A stretch of DNA of 64,000 nt from Candidatus Hydrogenedens sp. (GCA_049968235.1 JBMFRC010000009.1:68913-132912), one strand, 5' to 3'; positions 25,882 to 36,642 are shown, counted from the stretch's first letter. Made by a program: numbers and translations. Notes: generated from the letters alone by a model not told the origin.

Positions 25882-27351
25882 TTATCTACTATGTCGAAGG
25901 TCATCAAGACTGGAATCTTTGATAGCATTGTGATTACGAGGCGGAATATTGTAATCAAGAGGAGTCGGTGTCGGATAGTTGTTATCAAAACATGCAGTAC
26001 AAAAATGTCGTTTGTCACCAAAAGTTGCTTCGAGAATAGCAGGAATTGTTAGATACGCAAGAGAATCCACACCCAGGTACTTCCGAATCTTTTCCACATC
26101 TACTTGATTATCTTGCTTCGACATCTTATAAGCAACTAATCGTTCACGATTCGGCGTATCAATCCCGTAATAACAGGAATTTATAATTGGGGGAGATGCA
26201 ACCCGGTAATGGATTTCTTTTACCTTGCACCGTCGAAGCATTTTTATAATCTTACGGGAGGTTGTCCCACGAACGATACTATCATCTACCAGTACAATCC
26301 TTTTTCCTTTTACCGTATCCTTTGACGGATTTAGTTTTATCTTAACGCCAAAATCACGCATCTTTTGGTCGGGTTCGATAAATGTCCTACCCACATAGTG
26401 ATTGCGAATAAATCCCATATCAAAAGGCAAGCCTGATTCATGAGCATATCCTAATGCTGCTGGATTGGATGAATCAGGAACAGCCATCACAAAATCTGCT
26501 TCAATAGGTGCTATCCTTGCAAGGGCTCTACCTAACTCTTTCCGGACCAAATCAACACTTTTGCCGAAGATTACACTATCCGGTCGTGCCACATATATAT
26601 ATTCAAATATACATTGTTTCGGAATAACTTTGCGGAAAGGGAAAAAACTTGTTATTTGGTTATTGGCTATATGAACTACTTCCCCGGGTTCAACTTCACG
26701 AATCCATTTGGCTTCTACTAAATCCAGTGCACAGGTTTCACTGGCAAAAACATAAGACCTCCCCTTTTTCCCTATCCATAAAGGACGAAAACCGTAAGGG
26801 TCACGAACAGCAATTAATTCATTATGATTCATTACAAGGACACAAAATGCCCCTTTTACCTGTTTCAAAGCATCAATTACCGATTCAACAAAGGTCTTCT
26901 TACCAGAACGGGCAATTAAATGAATAATTACCTCTGTATCTGAAGAAGATTGGAAAATGGCTCCTTTTTGTTCCAGTTCATACCGTAAATATGCAGCATT
27001 TACCAGATTCCCGTTATGACAAACAGCAAGGGAGCCGTTTACATAATTTACTAAAAAAGGTTGAACATTTCGTAAATTACTGGAACCAAAAGTAGAATAT
27101 CGCACATGTCCAATACCAATATGTCCCTGAACACGTGCAAGTTTATGAGCAGGGAATACATCATTTACCAGCCCTACACCTCGATGAGCTGTTAATGTTG
27201 CTCCATCGGAACATACAATTCCCGCCCCTTCCTGTCCACGATGTTGTAGGGCATACAACCCTAAATATATCCAATTTGGGGCAGATTTATGATTATATAT
27301 ACCAAAGATACCACATTCTTCATGAAATTTATCTAATGTAAAGTTAAACAT
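25882..27351 (-). CDS. purF: Amidophosphoribosyltransferase.
   Basis: N-terminal CGIFGIY class-II glutamine amidotransferase nucleophile motif, plus a PRTase domain. Confidence 0.9.
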   Translation of the reverse strand: MFNFTLDKFHEECGIFGIYNHKSAPNWIYLGLYALQHRGQEGAGIVCSDGATLTAHRGVGLVNDVFPAHKLARVQGHIGIGHVRYSTFGSSNLRNVQPFLVNYVNGSLAVCHNGNLVNAAYLRYELEQKGAIFQSSSDTEVIIHLIARSGKKTFVESVIDALKQVKGAFCVLVMNHNELIAVRDPYGFRPLWIGKKGRSYVFASETCALDLVEAKWIREVEPGEVVHIANNQITSFFPFRKVIPKQCIFEYIYVARPDSVIFGKSVDLVRKELGRALARIAPIEADFVMAVPDSSNPAALGYAHESGLPFDMGFIRNHYVGRTFIEPDQKMRDFGVKIKLNPSKDTVKGKRIVLVDDSIVRGTTSRKIIKMLRRCKVKEIHYRVASPPIINSCYYGIDTPNRERLVAYKMSKQDNQVDVEKIRKYLGVDSLAYLTIPAILEATFGDKRHFCTACFDNNYPTPTPLDYNIPPRNHNAIKDSSLDDLRHSR

Positions 27352-27408
27352 ATTCCTTATAGTACTTCCTAACCAATTTTAGATTTTGATATTCAAAATT
27401 CTACAAAT

Positions 27409-28296
27409 TTATGGAAGATTTCTTCCTGTTAACCGTGTAAATGCTTCAAGATATTTTTCTCGTGTTTTCGCTACAATATCCGGTGGTAATGGTGGCGGAG
27501 GAGAATTTTTATCCCAGTTTACCGATTCTAAGTAATCACGAATAAACTGTTTATCAAAACTGGGCTGACTTTTTCCGGGTTCATACTGGTCTGCAGGCCA
27601 GAACCGTGATGAGTCCGGTGTCAATATCTCATCTGCCAGCACTAATTCACCATCCAGTAAACCAAATTCAAACTTGGTATCACATAAAATAATTCCCTTT
27701 GTTATAGCATATTCATTGGCTCGTTTGTATATTTCGATAGCGATATTTCCTGCTTTCTGATTCAGTTCTTCCCCGATAATTTTTCCTGCCTCTTCCGACG
27801 ATATATTTATATCATGTCCCACTTCTGCTTTTGTACTAGGAGTATAAATAGGTTCAGGTAATTTACTTCCTTCCACGAGACCCGATGGTAGTGAAATACC
27901 ACAAACAGTTCCCTTTTCCTTATACTCTTTCAGTCCACTTCCGGCTAAATATCCACGGACAATAAATTCAACTGGCAACATTTTACATTTACGCACATAC
28001 ATAGATCGGTCTTTGAACATCTCAGGATGATTACGAAATTCCACAGGGAAATCTTCCAATTGTGCCGATATCAAATGGTTGGGGATGATATCTTTCATCA
28101 TTTCAAACCAGAACAGGGACAACTGAGTTAATATTTTACCCTTATCGGGTATAGGTGTCGGATTTACCCAGTCAAATGCGGAGATTCTGTCTGTCGCGAC
28201 TAAAAGAAGTTTATCTCCTAAATCATAAATATCTCTTACTTTTCCTCTACGGGTGGGTTCTTTCCCGTTTAAATTTGTCTCCGATAATGAGTTCAT
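27409..28296 (-). CDS. purC: Phosphoribosylaminoimidazole-succinocarboxamide (SAICAR) synthase.
   Basis: GKVRDIYDLGDKLLLVATDRISAFD is the PurC signature. Confidence 0.9.
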   Translation of the reverse strand: MNSLSETNLNGKEPTRRGKVRDIYDLGDKLLLVATDRISAFDWVNPTPIPDKGKILTQLSLFWFEMMKDIIPNHLISAQLEDFPVEFRNHPEMFKDRSMYVRKCKMLPVEFIVRGYLAGSGLKEYKEKGTVCGISLPSGLVEGSKLPEPIYTPSTKAEVGHDINISSEEAGKIIGEELNQKAGNIAIEIYKRANEYAITKGIILCDTKFEFGLLDGELVLADEILTPDSSRFWPADQYEPGKSQPSFDKQFIRDYLESVNWDKNSPPPPLPPDIVAKTREKYLEAFTRLTGRNLP

Positions 28297-28325
28297 AAAT
28301 TTTTTCCTTTTTTGATTTTAATTTT

Positions 28326-29618
28326 TTATTTATTGAAAAAATTTTTTAAATAAGGTTTATTTATTTCCAGAAGTTCATTTAATAATTCCCTGCATTTTTT
28401 TGCATCCGGCATTAAGGGATGACTTAATAAGGCTTGAAAAGCAAGTTCACGGTCTCCCTTTACTGCAGAATGGACAGTTAAAGTTTCGTAAGCCTTAATA
28501 ATCTGCATCAAACCCCGAATCGAATGCTCCGGGTGCGATTGAGGAATAGAATGAGCACCATCTTTATCTATAATGGCAGGAATTTCAACAGATACATCAT
28601 CATCAAAAGTGGGAATGGCTCCATTATTTCTGCAACATACAATTTGCCGCGATTTTTTGTCATTTTCTATAGCATCGATTACCATTAGTGCCGCAGTTGA
28701 ATAGTGAGCACCACCTCTCTTACTCAATTCTTCCGGTTTCTCTTTCAATTCAGGATTGGAATATTTATCAAACAATTTTTTCTCAATCTCCAACACTTCT
28801 TCTCCCCGTGTCTTTTCTTTTTTCTTTAACTGATTCAAAACAGATTCTGTCGAATAGTAGTATTGAAGGTAGTAATTACAAAACATATTCAAACTTTTCA
28901 TTGCTTCCAACATATTATTACGGGTTGTTTCGTCCTCCCACTCTTCTTCTGCATGCTCCCAGAATTTCTGTAATACTTCTTGAGTAATATCAACTCCCTG
29001 TTTTTTAAATTTACGGACCCATGATAAATGGTTCAATCCAACATAATCCAACTCAATTTCTTCCGGCTCTCCTCCTATATACTTTACTATCTCCATTATC
29101 ATACCTATAGGCACATTGCATAGACCAATTGTCCGAATTTTGCTATATTTAATTACTGCTTCCGTATTAATCCCTGCTGGATTTGTAAAATTAATGAGGA
29201 AAGCATTCGGACATAATTGTTCCATTTTTTGAGCTATCTCTAAAATTACAGGAATAGTTCGTAAGGCGCAGGCAAATCCACCAATTCCTGTTGTCTCCTG
29301 TCCTATAATTCCATATTTCAGCCCCAATTTTTCATCATTTATCCGAGCCTGCATCTGACCAACCCGTATTTGCGTTAATACATAGCGTGCATCTTTTACT
29401 GCATCAGCAATATGTGTCGTCTTATATATCTTACAGGACGAACTATAACGCTGTGCCAATCTCTCCGAAAAAGAATGATTAATCTCCAATCTCTGTTCGT
29501 TTGTGTCCATCAACCAAATTTCATCAAATAAAAATTTGCCTTCTCTTGCAAATATTCCATCAATTAATTCCGGGGTATATGAACTACCACCACCAATTAC
29601 TGCAAATTTCATATCCAA
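28326..29618 (-). CDS. Glycoside hydrolase family 4 (NAD- and Mn-dependent 6-phospho-glucosidase or alpha-glucosidase type).
   Basis: N-terminus MKFAVIGGGSSYTPELIDGI is a GH4 Rossmann signature. 430 aa. Confidence 0.8.
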   Translation of the reverse strand: MDMKFAVIGGGSSYTPELIDGIFAREGKFLFDEIWLMDTNEQRLEINHSFSERLAQRYSSSCKIYKTTHIADAVKDARYVLTQIRVGQMQARINDEKLGLKYGIIGQETTGIGGFACALRTIPVILEIAQKMEQLCPNAFLINFTNPAGINTEAVIKYSKIRTIGLCNVPIGMIMEIVKYIGGEPEEIELDYVGLNHLSWVRKFKKQGVDITQEVLQKFWEHAEEEWEDETTRNNMLEAMKSLNMFCNYYLQYYYSTESVLNQLKKKEKTRGEEVLEIEKKLFDKYSNPELKEKPEELSKRGGAHYSTAALMVIDAIENDKKSRQIVCCRNNGAIPTFDDDVSVEIPAIIDKDGAHSIPQSHPEHSIRGLMQIIKAYETLTVHSAVKGDRELAFQALLSHPLMPDAKKCRELLNELLEINKPYLKNFFNK

Positions 29619-29760
29619 TACCTTTACTTCTTAATAATTAAAAATATTAATGCCCGATTATAACTATTGAGTAAATTTTAGAATATAATATCGAATATGA
29701 TGAGTTGGTTTAAAATATGACGCTCATAAAACAAATTGTATTATAAAAAGATAAAATTAG

Positions 29761-30699
29761 ATGACAGAACAGGAATTTATTTTCAATCTACAATGGGACA
29801 CATCCGATATTATCAGTATCCTTTTATTAAGTTTCCTGTTTTTTTGGGGTGTGTTCCTGTTATATCAAAAATGGATAAAAAACTACGATTATCCTCTCTG
29901 GCTAGACCTGCTATCCCTTATTATCATGTTTCTCGTCCTTGCGATTGAACTACTTCAATTCAAAGACTGGCTTCAAAATTACCCTCTCCTTTATGTCCTT
30001 TCAGCATTGGGACTGTTTATCACTGCATCTGCTCTCTACTCTCAGAGTTTTATTTCACTACTTACATTAATATTCTTAAGCATTATCCACCCCGGAGAAG
30101 AATCCTCACCTGATGTCCCTCGTTTTGGACCTGCAGAAATATTAGAACGACAAAACGATTGGAAAGGTGCGTTAAATGAATATTTCGTCCTTGCCCGGAT
30201 TTATCCCCACCATCCATCTGTTCATCTGCGGATTGCAAATGCCTATATAAAAATGAAACAACCTGAGGAAGCATTACACTGGCTAAAAAAATCATTACAA
30301 TACCTTAAAAAAGAAGAGGATACCTATCTAATTATAGCCCGATATTGTGATATTGCACACGATATAGGCGATATACCATCGGCAAAAGAGATGATAGACT
30401 ATTTTTTGAATCAATATCCAGAATCCACGCATTCGCAGTCAATTTTAGAAAGAAAAAAACGAATGAAGGTAGATAGTCCAAAAGAAAAATCAATATTACT
30501 GGTCTCAATGGAAGATGTTCTACTGAATAGTAATGATATACAAGAAGATGAAAATGAGAAAAAAGGAAAGAAATTAATTTTAGAAAAAATTAATGAAGAC
30601 CCCATTACAGGTAACTCTGCAGAACCAGAACAGTTGAACAACAATGACGAAAATAAAGAGGATAAAAAATCAACAATATCCCGCCTGGAACCCATGTAA
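29761..30699 (+). CDS. Membrane-anchored TPR-like protein with an acidic low-complexity tail.
   Basis: Three N-terminal transmembrane helices, then TPR-like helices (ALNEYFVLARIY...ANAYIKMKQPEEALHWLKKS), then a D/E/K/N-rich tail. Confidence 0.45.
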   Translation: MTEQEFIFNLQWDTSDIISILLLSFLFFWGVFLLYQKWIKNYDYPLWLDLLSLIIMFLVLAIELLQFKDWLQNYPLLYVLSALGLFITASALYSQSFISLLTLIFLSIIHPGEESSPDVPRFGPAEILERQNDWKGALNEYFVLARIYPHHPSVHLRIANAYIKMKQPEEALHWLKKSLQYLKKEEDTYLIIARYCDIAHDIGDIPSAKEMIDYFLNQYPESTHSQSILERKKRMKVDSPKEKSILLVSMEDVLLNSNDIQEDENEKKGKKLILEKINEDPITGNSAEPEQLNNNDENKEDKKSTISRLEPM

Positions 30700-30713
30700 T
30701 ATTTTATTGTATT

Positions 30714-31178
30714 CTAATTATCATTCCCCGTCATTGTTGATATATCTTTTTCGGGGACAGTTGCTATTGTGAGACCGGAATACCCTAATTGTAAAGCAAG
30801 GTCAAATACCTTAACCGTGATACGGAAAGGAACCTCTGCATCAGATTCTAAAATAAGTGTGGCAGAAGGATTCTTCTCCTTTATTTCTTTAAGCCTTTTT
30901 TCTAACTCTTCTATTGTTATATGTGTGGGACTTCCACTTTCTTTTTCTGCAATAAAAATATTCCCTTTGCTATCAATAATAACCCTATATATATTTATAT
31001 CTTTTATTTCATCCGTTGTTTTACTCTCCGGCAGTTGCAACGAAAGCCCTAAATGAGGATTAAATGTCGTTGTAATAACTAAAAAAATAAGCAATAGAAA
31101 CATCACATCAATTAGTGATGTAATATTTAAGAAAGGGAAGTCATTTTTGACAGGTTTTCCAAAAGGACCTTCACGCAT
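30714..31178 (-). CDS. exbD: Biopolymer transport protein ExbD/TolR.
   Basis: Single transmembrane helix (DVMFLLLIFLVITTTF) followed by a periplasmic domain. 154 aa. Confidence 0.75.
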   Translation of the reverse strand: MREGPFGKPVKNDFPFLNITSLIDVMFLLLIFLVITTTFNPHLGLSLQLPESKTTDEIKDINIYRVIIDSKGNIFIAEKESGSPTHITIEELEKRLKEIKEKNPSATLILESDAEVPFRITVKVFDLALQLGYSGLTIATVPEKDISTMTGNDN

Positions 31179-31354
31179 AAAAAATTATCTCGCACTTCAA
31201 GAATTCCCAATATAACACCGTTTTATAGATAGAATCAAAAATTTAGTAAAGAATACAGATTAAAATTAAAAAATTTGGCAAAAATTTAATTTTTCTGGTA
31301 AACTTATAACGAAAGAGTGATGGAGGTAAGAAGTTTGACGTGAACGAGGTGTAA

Positions 31355-32305
31355 ATGAAGAACATTAGAGTTTGTGTCGCAGACGATAATAAGGATGAAG
31401 TCCTTATATTATGCGAAAGTCTAAAATTACATAACTATGAAGCAATCCCTGCTTTTTGTGGAATGGAAGTGATTGATTTATGTAAGAGCAAGAATGTAGA
31501 TTTGTTGTTATTAGACATAGGACTTCCCGATATAGATGGTATTGAAGTATGCAGAAGATTAAAAGCAGACTCTGATACCCATGATATTCCTGTAATTTTT
31601 GTAACAGCCAGAGGTTCCTCGCAAGATGTTGCTTTAGGGCATGATTTAGGTGCGGTTGATTATATCGCAAAACCTTATAATCTACCCATGGTCCTCGTTG
31701 TAGTGGAAATGGCTTTACGAACCCTGCATACCTCCGCTTATGTGGATAGCCCGGTCGAGTTCTGGGATGACCCTATCTATACAGACCCGTTAACAGGGCT
31801 GAGAAATTATCGTTATTTAATGGAACGATTGGAAGAGGAAATTGTCCGAACAGACCGACACAAAACACCTCTCAGTTGTATCGTTATGGATTTTGCCGAC
31901 TACAATATTGACGAAGAAGAAACTACAGAACGAACAGAATTGATAGAAAGCGAATCATTCCTGCAAGATGTTGCCTTAGCATTAAAACAAAATTCCCGTA
32001 GTTGCGATATTTTGACAAGGTTCGAAGCATCAAAATTTGTCATTGTGCTCCCCAATCAAAATCTTGAAAGAGCAATAAAATACGTACAAAAAATATCACG
32101 AGAAGTTGAAAAAAACTTTTTAGAAGATGAAAAAACAGTTTCTTTACAATCAAAATTTGGGATTGTAAGTTGTAAAGATAAATGTATCCCCTCCGGAGAA
32201 GAACTTTTAGGTATTGCTATGAAAAATCTATTAAGAGCTTTTACCCGCCCCGGAATTAACATCGTAGGAAAAGACCTCACAGAGAAAAAAGAAGTTTTTC
32301 TCTAA
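31355..32305 (+). CDS. Response regulator: receiver domain fused to a degenerate GGDEF-like domain.
   Basis: REC motifs (VADDNKDEV, LLLLDIGLPDIDG, K-P). C-terminal DPLTGLRNYRYL start of a GGDEF fold, but the GG(D/E)EF site is replaced by RFEASKF. Confidence 0.7.
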   Translation: MKNIRVCVADDNKDEVLILCESLKLHNYEAIPAFCGMEVIDLCKSKNVDLLLLDIGLPDIDGIEVCRRLKADSDTHDIPVIFVTARGSSQDVALGHDLGAVDYIAKPYNLPMVLVVVEMALRTLHTSAYVDSPVEFWDDPIYTDPLTGLRNYRYLMERLEEEIVRTDRHKTPLSCIVMDFADYNIDEEETTERTELIESESFLQDVALALKQNSRSCDILTRFEASKFVIVLPNQNLERAIKYVQKISREVEKNFLEDEKTVSLQSKFGIVSCKDKCIPSGEELLGIAMKNLLRAFTRPGINIVGKDLTEKKEVFL

Positions 32306-32468
32306 TTCTCACCCCAAATTATTTTGTTAGTTATCAAACAGTTCGTTATCTTACATTTGGTAATTCTGTAACTCATTGATATAATTCTACTTAATGATTT
32401 AATAAAATAAAACCTATTAAAACCAATAAAAGTCTAATAAGCGAAGTAAAAACTTTTTAAGTCAAACA

Positions 32469-33326
32469 TTGAGGTGGATTTTTATGTTAAGAAAAAAATA
32501 TTTCATTTCCATTCTTATCGTTGTTATTTTACTTAGTTTTATCCTCCCTTTATCTGCATTTGCAAAGACTCCAAGGATTTTAATGGTAGGTGATAGTTGG
32601 GCATGGTTTATGTATTTGAACCGTTCCCTGCGCGATGCTCTGGAAGATATGGGATTAGGTGAGTATGAAGAAATCGGTATTTTTACTACTGTGCCCGGGA
32701 GTAAAGCCTACCAATGGGTAAATTCAAAATGGTTAGAACAAGTAAAAAAAGAATTAGATAATTATCCTACAATTGACATTATTCATTTAAGTATTGGTGG
32801 TAATGATTTTCTAAATAACTGGAGGATTGATATGCCACCTGAAGCCAAAGAAGCATTATTCCAACAGGTTGTCCGTGATACAGAAACGGTCATTCGTGCT
32901 TTACTGGATATGAAACCCAATCTTCATGTGGCTCTTATTGAATATGATTTTATCAATAAAGGTAAAGGAAAAGCCCGTTGTCAGGAATTAAATATGGCAG
33001 GAGTGGAATTATCTCGCAGGCGAATGGAAATGTGTAAAAATATAGATAGATGCAGATATATTCAAACATATGGATTAATGCAATATAAATTTGGAGTAGC
33101 AAATGATATTCCCCCCCAAACAGTACCTCTTCCAGGACAATATCCTGATTACAAACCTTTTCCCGGTGGAAATCCTGATTATTGTAATGATGCAAAAGCC
33201 ATGATGGATAATGTTCATCTAAGTAGTGAGGGATATTATCATTTGGCAAGATATTGCATCGAAGTAATTTATAAAGAATGGCTTACGAATACAAATACTC
33301 AGTTGACTATTAGCAAAAAACAATAA
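32469..33326 (+). CDS. Secreted SGNH/GDSL-family hydrolase.
   Basis: Signal peptide. Block I MVGDSWAW and block III HLSIGGNDF. Confidence 0.7.
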   Translation: MRWIFMLRKKYFISILIVVILLSFILPLSAFAKTPRILMVGDSWAWFMYLNRSLRDALEDMGLGEYEEIGIFTTVPGSKAYQWVNSKWLEQVKKELDNYPTIDIIHLSIGGNDFLNNWRIDMPPEAKEALFQQVVRDTETVIRALLDMKPNLHVALIEYDFINKGKGKARCQELNMAGVELSRRRMEMCKNIDRCRYIQTYGLMQYKFGVANDIPPQTVPLPGQYPDYKPFPGGNPDYCNDAKAMMDNVHLSSEGYYHLARYCIEVIYKEWLTNTNTQLTISKKQ

Positions 33327-33338
33327 CAAAAAGTGCAA

Positions 33339-34106
33339 TTATTTTGAGAAAGGTCCTGGATTGTAATTATCCTCTCCGTTTACATCCAGATGATAACTTC
33401 CGCCCGGAAAATTAAAAAATTGGATTATGCGGAGTAATTCATTTAATCGTATTTTCCAGTCTTGAGGATTATAATCAGACTTATGAGATGAACAATTTTT
33501 ATTTCCTTCAAAAGGAGCATACCCATCTTCTGTTCCCGATTCACAATGATACTCCCGTGCATTGTACAATTGAACTACACGGAGAACTTCTGAAAGGCTG
33601 ATACTCCAATCTTTGTTCGTATCGGCACTATGATAGTCATTATTATTCTTTACGGTTATTTTCCCTGCATTGACGGATACATTCTGAGTGAGTGCTTTAT
33701 TATCTGCTCCTTCTGCACTTACTCCTGTTATCTGAATTTCTAAATTATCGGCTAATCGGGTTGTGCTTTGTGCGACTAAATTTCCTAACAAGCCATTGGG
33801 AATAGGTTGTGTACCTCCATAAATAATAATGTTTATCTGAGAACCTGTTACCGAATACATTAATTTTTTCTCTGCACCTAAAGTTGAAGAGGGTTCTACT
33901 TCCAGCGGGAAAATATTGGATATATTGCAATTCCATTGTATTATCAATGTGCTTATATTTGAATTATTGCCATTCCAATTCAAAGATAACTGGAATACTC
34001 CAGGAGTGGCTGTCTCAACATCAGAGATGGTTAAAACTCCATCTGCAAAAATACTGAAAGATATAATTACACATGTTGAGAAAATAAAAATAAAATTCCG
34101 CACCAT
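33339..34106 (-). CDS. Secreted hypothetical protein with an internal duplicated motif of about 40 aa.
   Basis: Signal peptide. Two copies of D-x-N-x-DW-x-I-x-L-x-E-[VL]-LR-[VI]-[VI]-Q-x-[YF]-N...YH near the C-terminus. Confidence 0.45.
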   Translation of the reverse strand: MVRNFIFIFSTCVIISFSIFADGVLTISDVETATPGVFQLSLNWNGNNSNISTLIIQWNCNISNIFPLEVEPSSTLGAEKKLMYSVTGSQINIIIYGGTQPIPNGLLGNLVAQSTTRLADNLEIQITGVSAEGADNKALTQNVSVNAGKITVKNNNDYHSADTNKDWSISLSEVLRVVQLYNAREYHCESGTEDGYAPFEGNKNCSSHKSDYNPQDWKIRLNELLRIIQFFNFPGGSYHLDVNGEDNYNPGPFSK

Positions 34107-34195
34107 AACATTTTCCTTTACCTATATTTTTTTTATAAGATAATAATACCTTAAAATTTCTTAATAAAATCAAATAAATAACTCAAAATTTAATA

Positions 34196-34960
34196 ATGCG
34201 TGAACGACTGGATGTCCTTTTACAAAAACGAATGAATCTAACACGAGCACAGGCTCAATCTCTTATTCGTTCAGGAAAAGTATTTGATAAAAACGGTACA
34301 TGCCTTGATAAACCCGGAACAAAACTTCCCGAAAATATTGAGTTAAAAGTGATACAGGATAATCGTTTTGTAAGTCGTGGAGGAATTAAATTAGAACATG
34401 CATTAAATCATTTCAGGATAGATGTTCAGTCGGTCATCGCTATAGATATAGGTGCTTCTACAGGAGGATTTACGGATTGCTTATTACAATACGGTGCAAA
34501 AAAAGTCTATGCTATTGATGTGGGATACGGTCAACTGGCATGGGCAATAAGAAATAATTCTCGTGTCATTGTCATGGAACGATGCAATATTCGATACTTA
34601 GACCCTGCTCAATTATCGGAAAAACCCAATTTTTTTACTGTAGACTGTTCCTTTATCTCTCTAAAATTAATTTTACCTAAAATAGTAGAACTTGTAGATA
34701 ATCAATCCTGTGGGGTAATATTAATCAAACCTCAGTTTGAAGCAGGACGCGAACATGTAGAAAAAGGCGGAGTTGTTAAAGATAATATGATTATTAAAAA
34801 AACGATTCATGAAGTATTAAACGAAGCAGAAAAACTTGGATTTGAAATTCAGGGAGTAGTTCCGTCTCCTATTAAAGGTCCTGCTGGTAATCAGGAATAT
34901 CTGGCATATCTGACTTTAACAAAAAAGACAGAAGCACAGGATGGAAGTAATTCATGTTAG
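34196..34960 (+). CDS. tlyA: TlyA-family rRNA (cytidine-2'-O)-methyltransferase (hemolysin A-like).
   Basis: S4-like N-terminus (RLDVLLQKRMNLTRAQAQSLIRSGKV) plus an FtsJ-like methyltransferase domain (VIAIDIGASTGGFTDCLL). Confidence 0.85.
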   Translation: MRERLDVLLQKRMNLTRAQAQSLIRSGKVFDKNGTCLDKPGTKLPENIELKVIQDNRFVSRGGIKLEHALNHFRIDVQSVIAIDIGASTGGFTDCLLQYGAKKVYAIDVGYGQLAWAIRNNSRVIVMERCNIRYLDPAQLSEKPNFFTVDCSFISLKLILPKIVELVDNQSCGVILIKPQFEAGREHVEKGGVVKDNMIIKKTIHEVLNEAEKLGFEIQGVVPSPIKGPAGNQEYLAYLTLTKKTEAQDGSNSC

Positions 34961-36642
34961 AAACCTTGTATATCAAAGATTTTGCACTTATTGATGAACT
35001 CGAAATTACTTTTTCATCAGGATTGAATATCCTGTCAGGGGAAACGGGTGCGGGCAAATCTATTATTGTTGAATCCCTACAAATGGCGTTAGGGGAGAGG
35101 GCATCCACAGAATTTATCAGAACAGGTGCCGAAAAAGCACGAGTAGATGCCGTATTTCATATCTCTAATGTGTCCCAATCTATACAACAGATACTGAATG
35201 AATATGAAATTGAATTAGATGATGACAGAATTATCCTTTCCCGTCTTATATCTTCCGATGGGAGAAGCAAAGCATGGGTTTCGGGAAGACCTGTGCCTGT
35301 CAGTGTCCTCTTAAATCTGGGCAATCAACTTGTAGATTTTCATGGACAACACGAACATCAATCTGTATTAAAATCCTCATGTCAGTTGGAATTATTAGAT
35401 ACCTTTGCAGATGCTATTACTCTTTGTGAAGATGTGCGGAAGAAGTTTCATGCTATTAAGGAGATAGAGGAAGAAATAACATCCCTTGAGGAGATGGTTC
35501 AACGACAGAACCGCGAGTTAGATTTATTAAAACATGAATTAAACGAGATTGAACAGGTAGCCCCATCTATTGGGGAGGATGAAAGCCTACGAAATCAACT
35601 ATCTTATGCTATGAATCTTGATAATATCAGGAAGAATGCAAAAGAAATCTCCGAATTACTTTCCGGTTCAGAATTTAGTGTGATTGTTTTTTTACATCGT
35701 ATACAATCTATGTTGGGTGAACTACAAAAACATGATACAACCTTTGAACCATTTTTTAATCGCCTTGAAGAAATTCAATGCGAACTGCAAGAACTATCCC
35801 GAGAATGTGAACGATGCTGTAGTCTGGTAGAAATTAGTGAAGAAGAAATTGAACGGTTAAATCAAAGACTTAACCAGATAAACCGATTGAAACATAAATA
35901 CGGGAATACAATTGAGGAAGTATTGGAATATGCACAAAAAGCACGTTCCGTCCTGGATAAGGTTGTAAACAGTGAACAGCAGTTAGAAGAATTAAATAAA
36001 CAAAAAAATAAACTCTACAAAGAAATCATGCAATCCGCAGAAGAATTATCCGAACGAAGGCAGAAAGCAGGAGAAACACTTTCCTCACAGGTAACACAAT
36101 CACTTAAAGATTTAGCAATGAAAGATGCTACTTTCCATGTAGCAATAGAAAGATGTCCATTATATTCAAACGGTATAGATAAAGTTGATTTTTTACTAAC
36201 TTCCAATATTGGCGAAATCGAAAAACCCTTACGACAAATTGCCTCCGGTGGTGAAATGTCTCGAATTATGCTCGCATTAAAAACAGAACTGGCTCGTGCT
36301 GACCAGATTCCTACCTTAATATTTGATGAAATTGATGCAGGCGTAGGCGGTATGGTCGCACGAAAAGTAGCCGAAAAGTTGGCAGAATTAGCCCGGCATC
36401 ATCAGGTTCTTGTTATAACGCATATCCCACAGATTGCCATTTTCGGGGTTTCCCATTTCCAGATATGGAAAGAAAATGTAGATAACCGAACTGTAGTCCG
36501 TATTAAACATCTAAAAGGGGAAGAAAGAATTAAAGAAATTGCCCGCATGCTCGACGGCTCTGTTTCTGAAATTAGTTTGAAACATGCCAATGAATTATTA
36601 AAAGAAGTAAAACAGCAGAAAGGAGTAAAAACGAATGGATAA
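34954..36642 (+). CDS. recN: DNA repair protein RecN.
   Basis: N-terminus MLETLYIKDFALIDELEITFSSGLNILSGETGAGKSIIVESL. Long coiled coil. C-terminal signature and Walker B region (LIFDEIDAGVGG). Confidence 0.9.
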   Translation: MLETLYIKDFALIDELEITFSSGLNILSGETGAGKSIIVESLQMALGERASTEFIRTGAEKARVDAVFHISNVSQSIQQILNEYEIELDDDRIILSRLISSDGRSKAWVSGRPVPVSVLLNLGNQLVDFHGQHEHQSVLKSSCQLELLDTFADAITLCEDVRKKFHAIKEIEEEITSLEEMVQRQNRELDLLKHELNEIEQVAPSIGEDESLRNQLSYAMNLDNIRKNAKEISELLSGSEFSVIVFLHRIQSMLGELQKHDTTFEPFFNRLEEIQCELQELSRECERCCSLVEISEEEIERLNQRLNQINRLKHKYGNTIEEVLEYAQKARSVLDKVVNSEQQLEELNKQKNKLYKEIMQSAEELSERRQKAGETLSSQVTQSLKDLAMKDATFHVAIERCPLYSNGIDKVDFLLTSNIGEIEKPLRQIASGGEMSRIMLALKTELARADQIPTLIFDEIDAGVGGMVARKVAEKLAELARHHQVLVITHIPQIAIFGVSHFQIWKENVDNRTVVRIKHLKGEERIKEIARMLDGSVSEISLKHANELLKEVKQQKGVKTNG

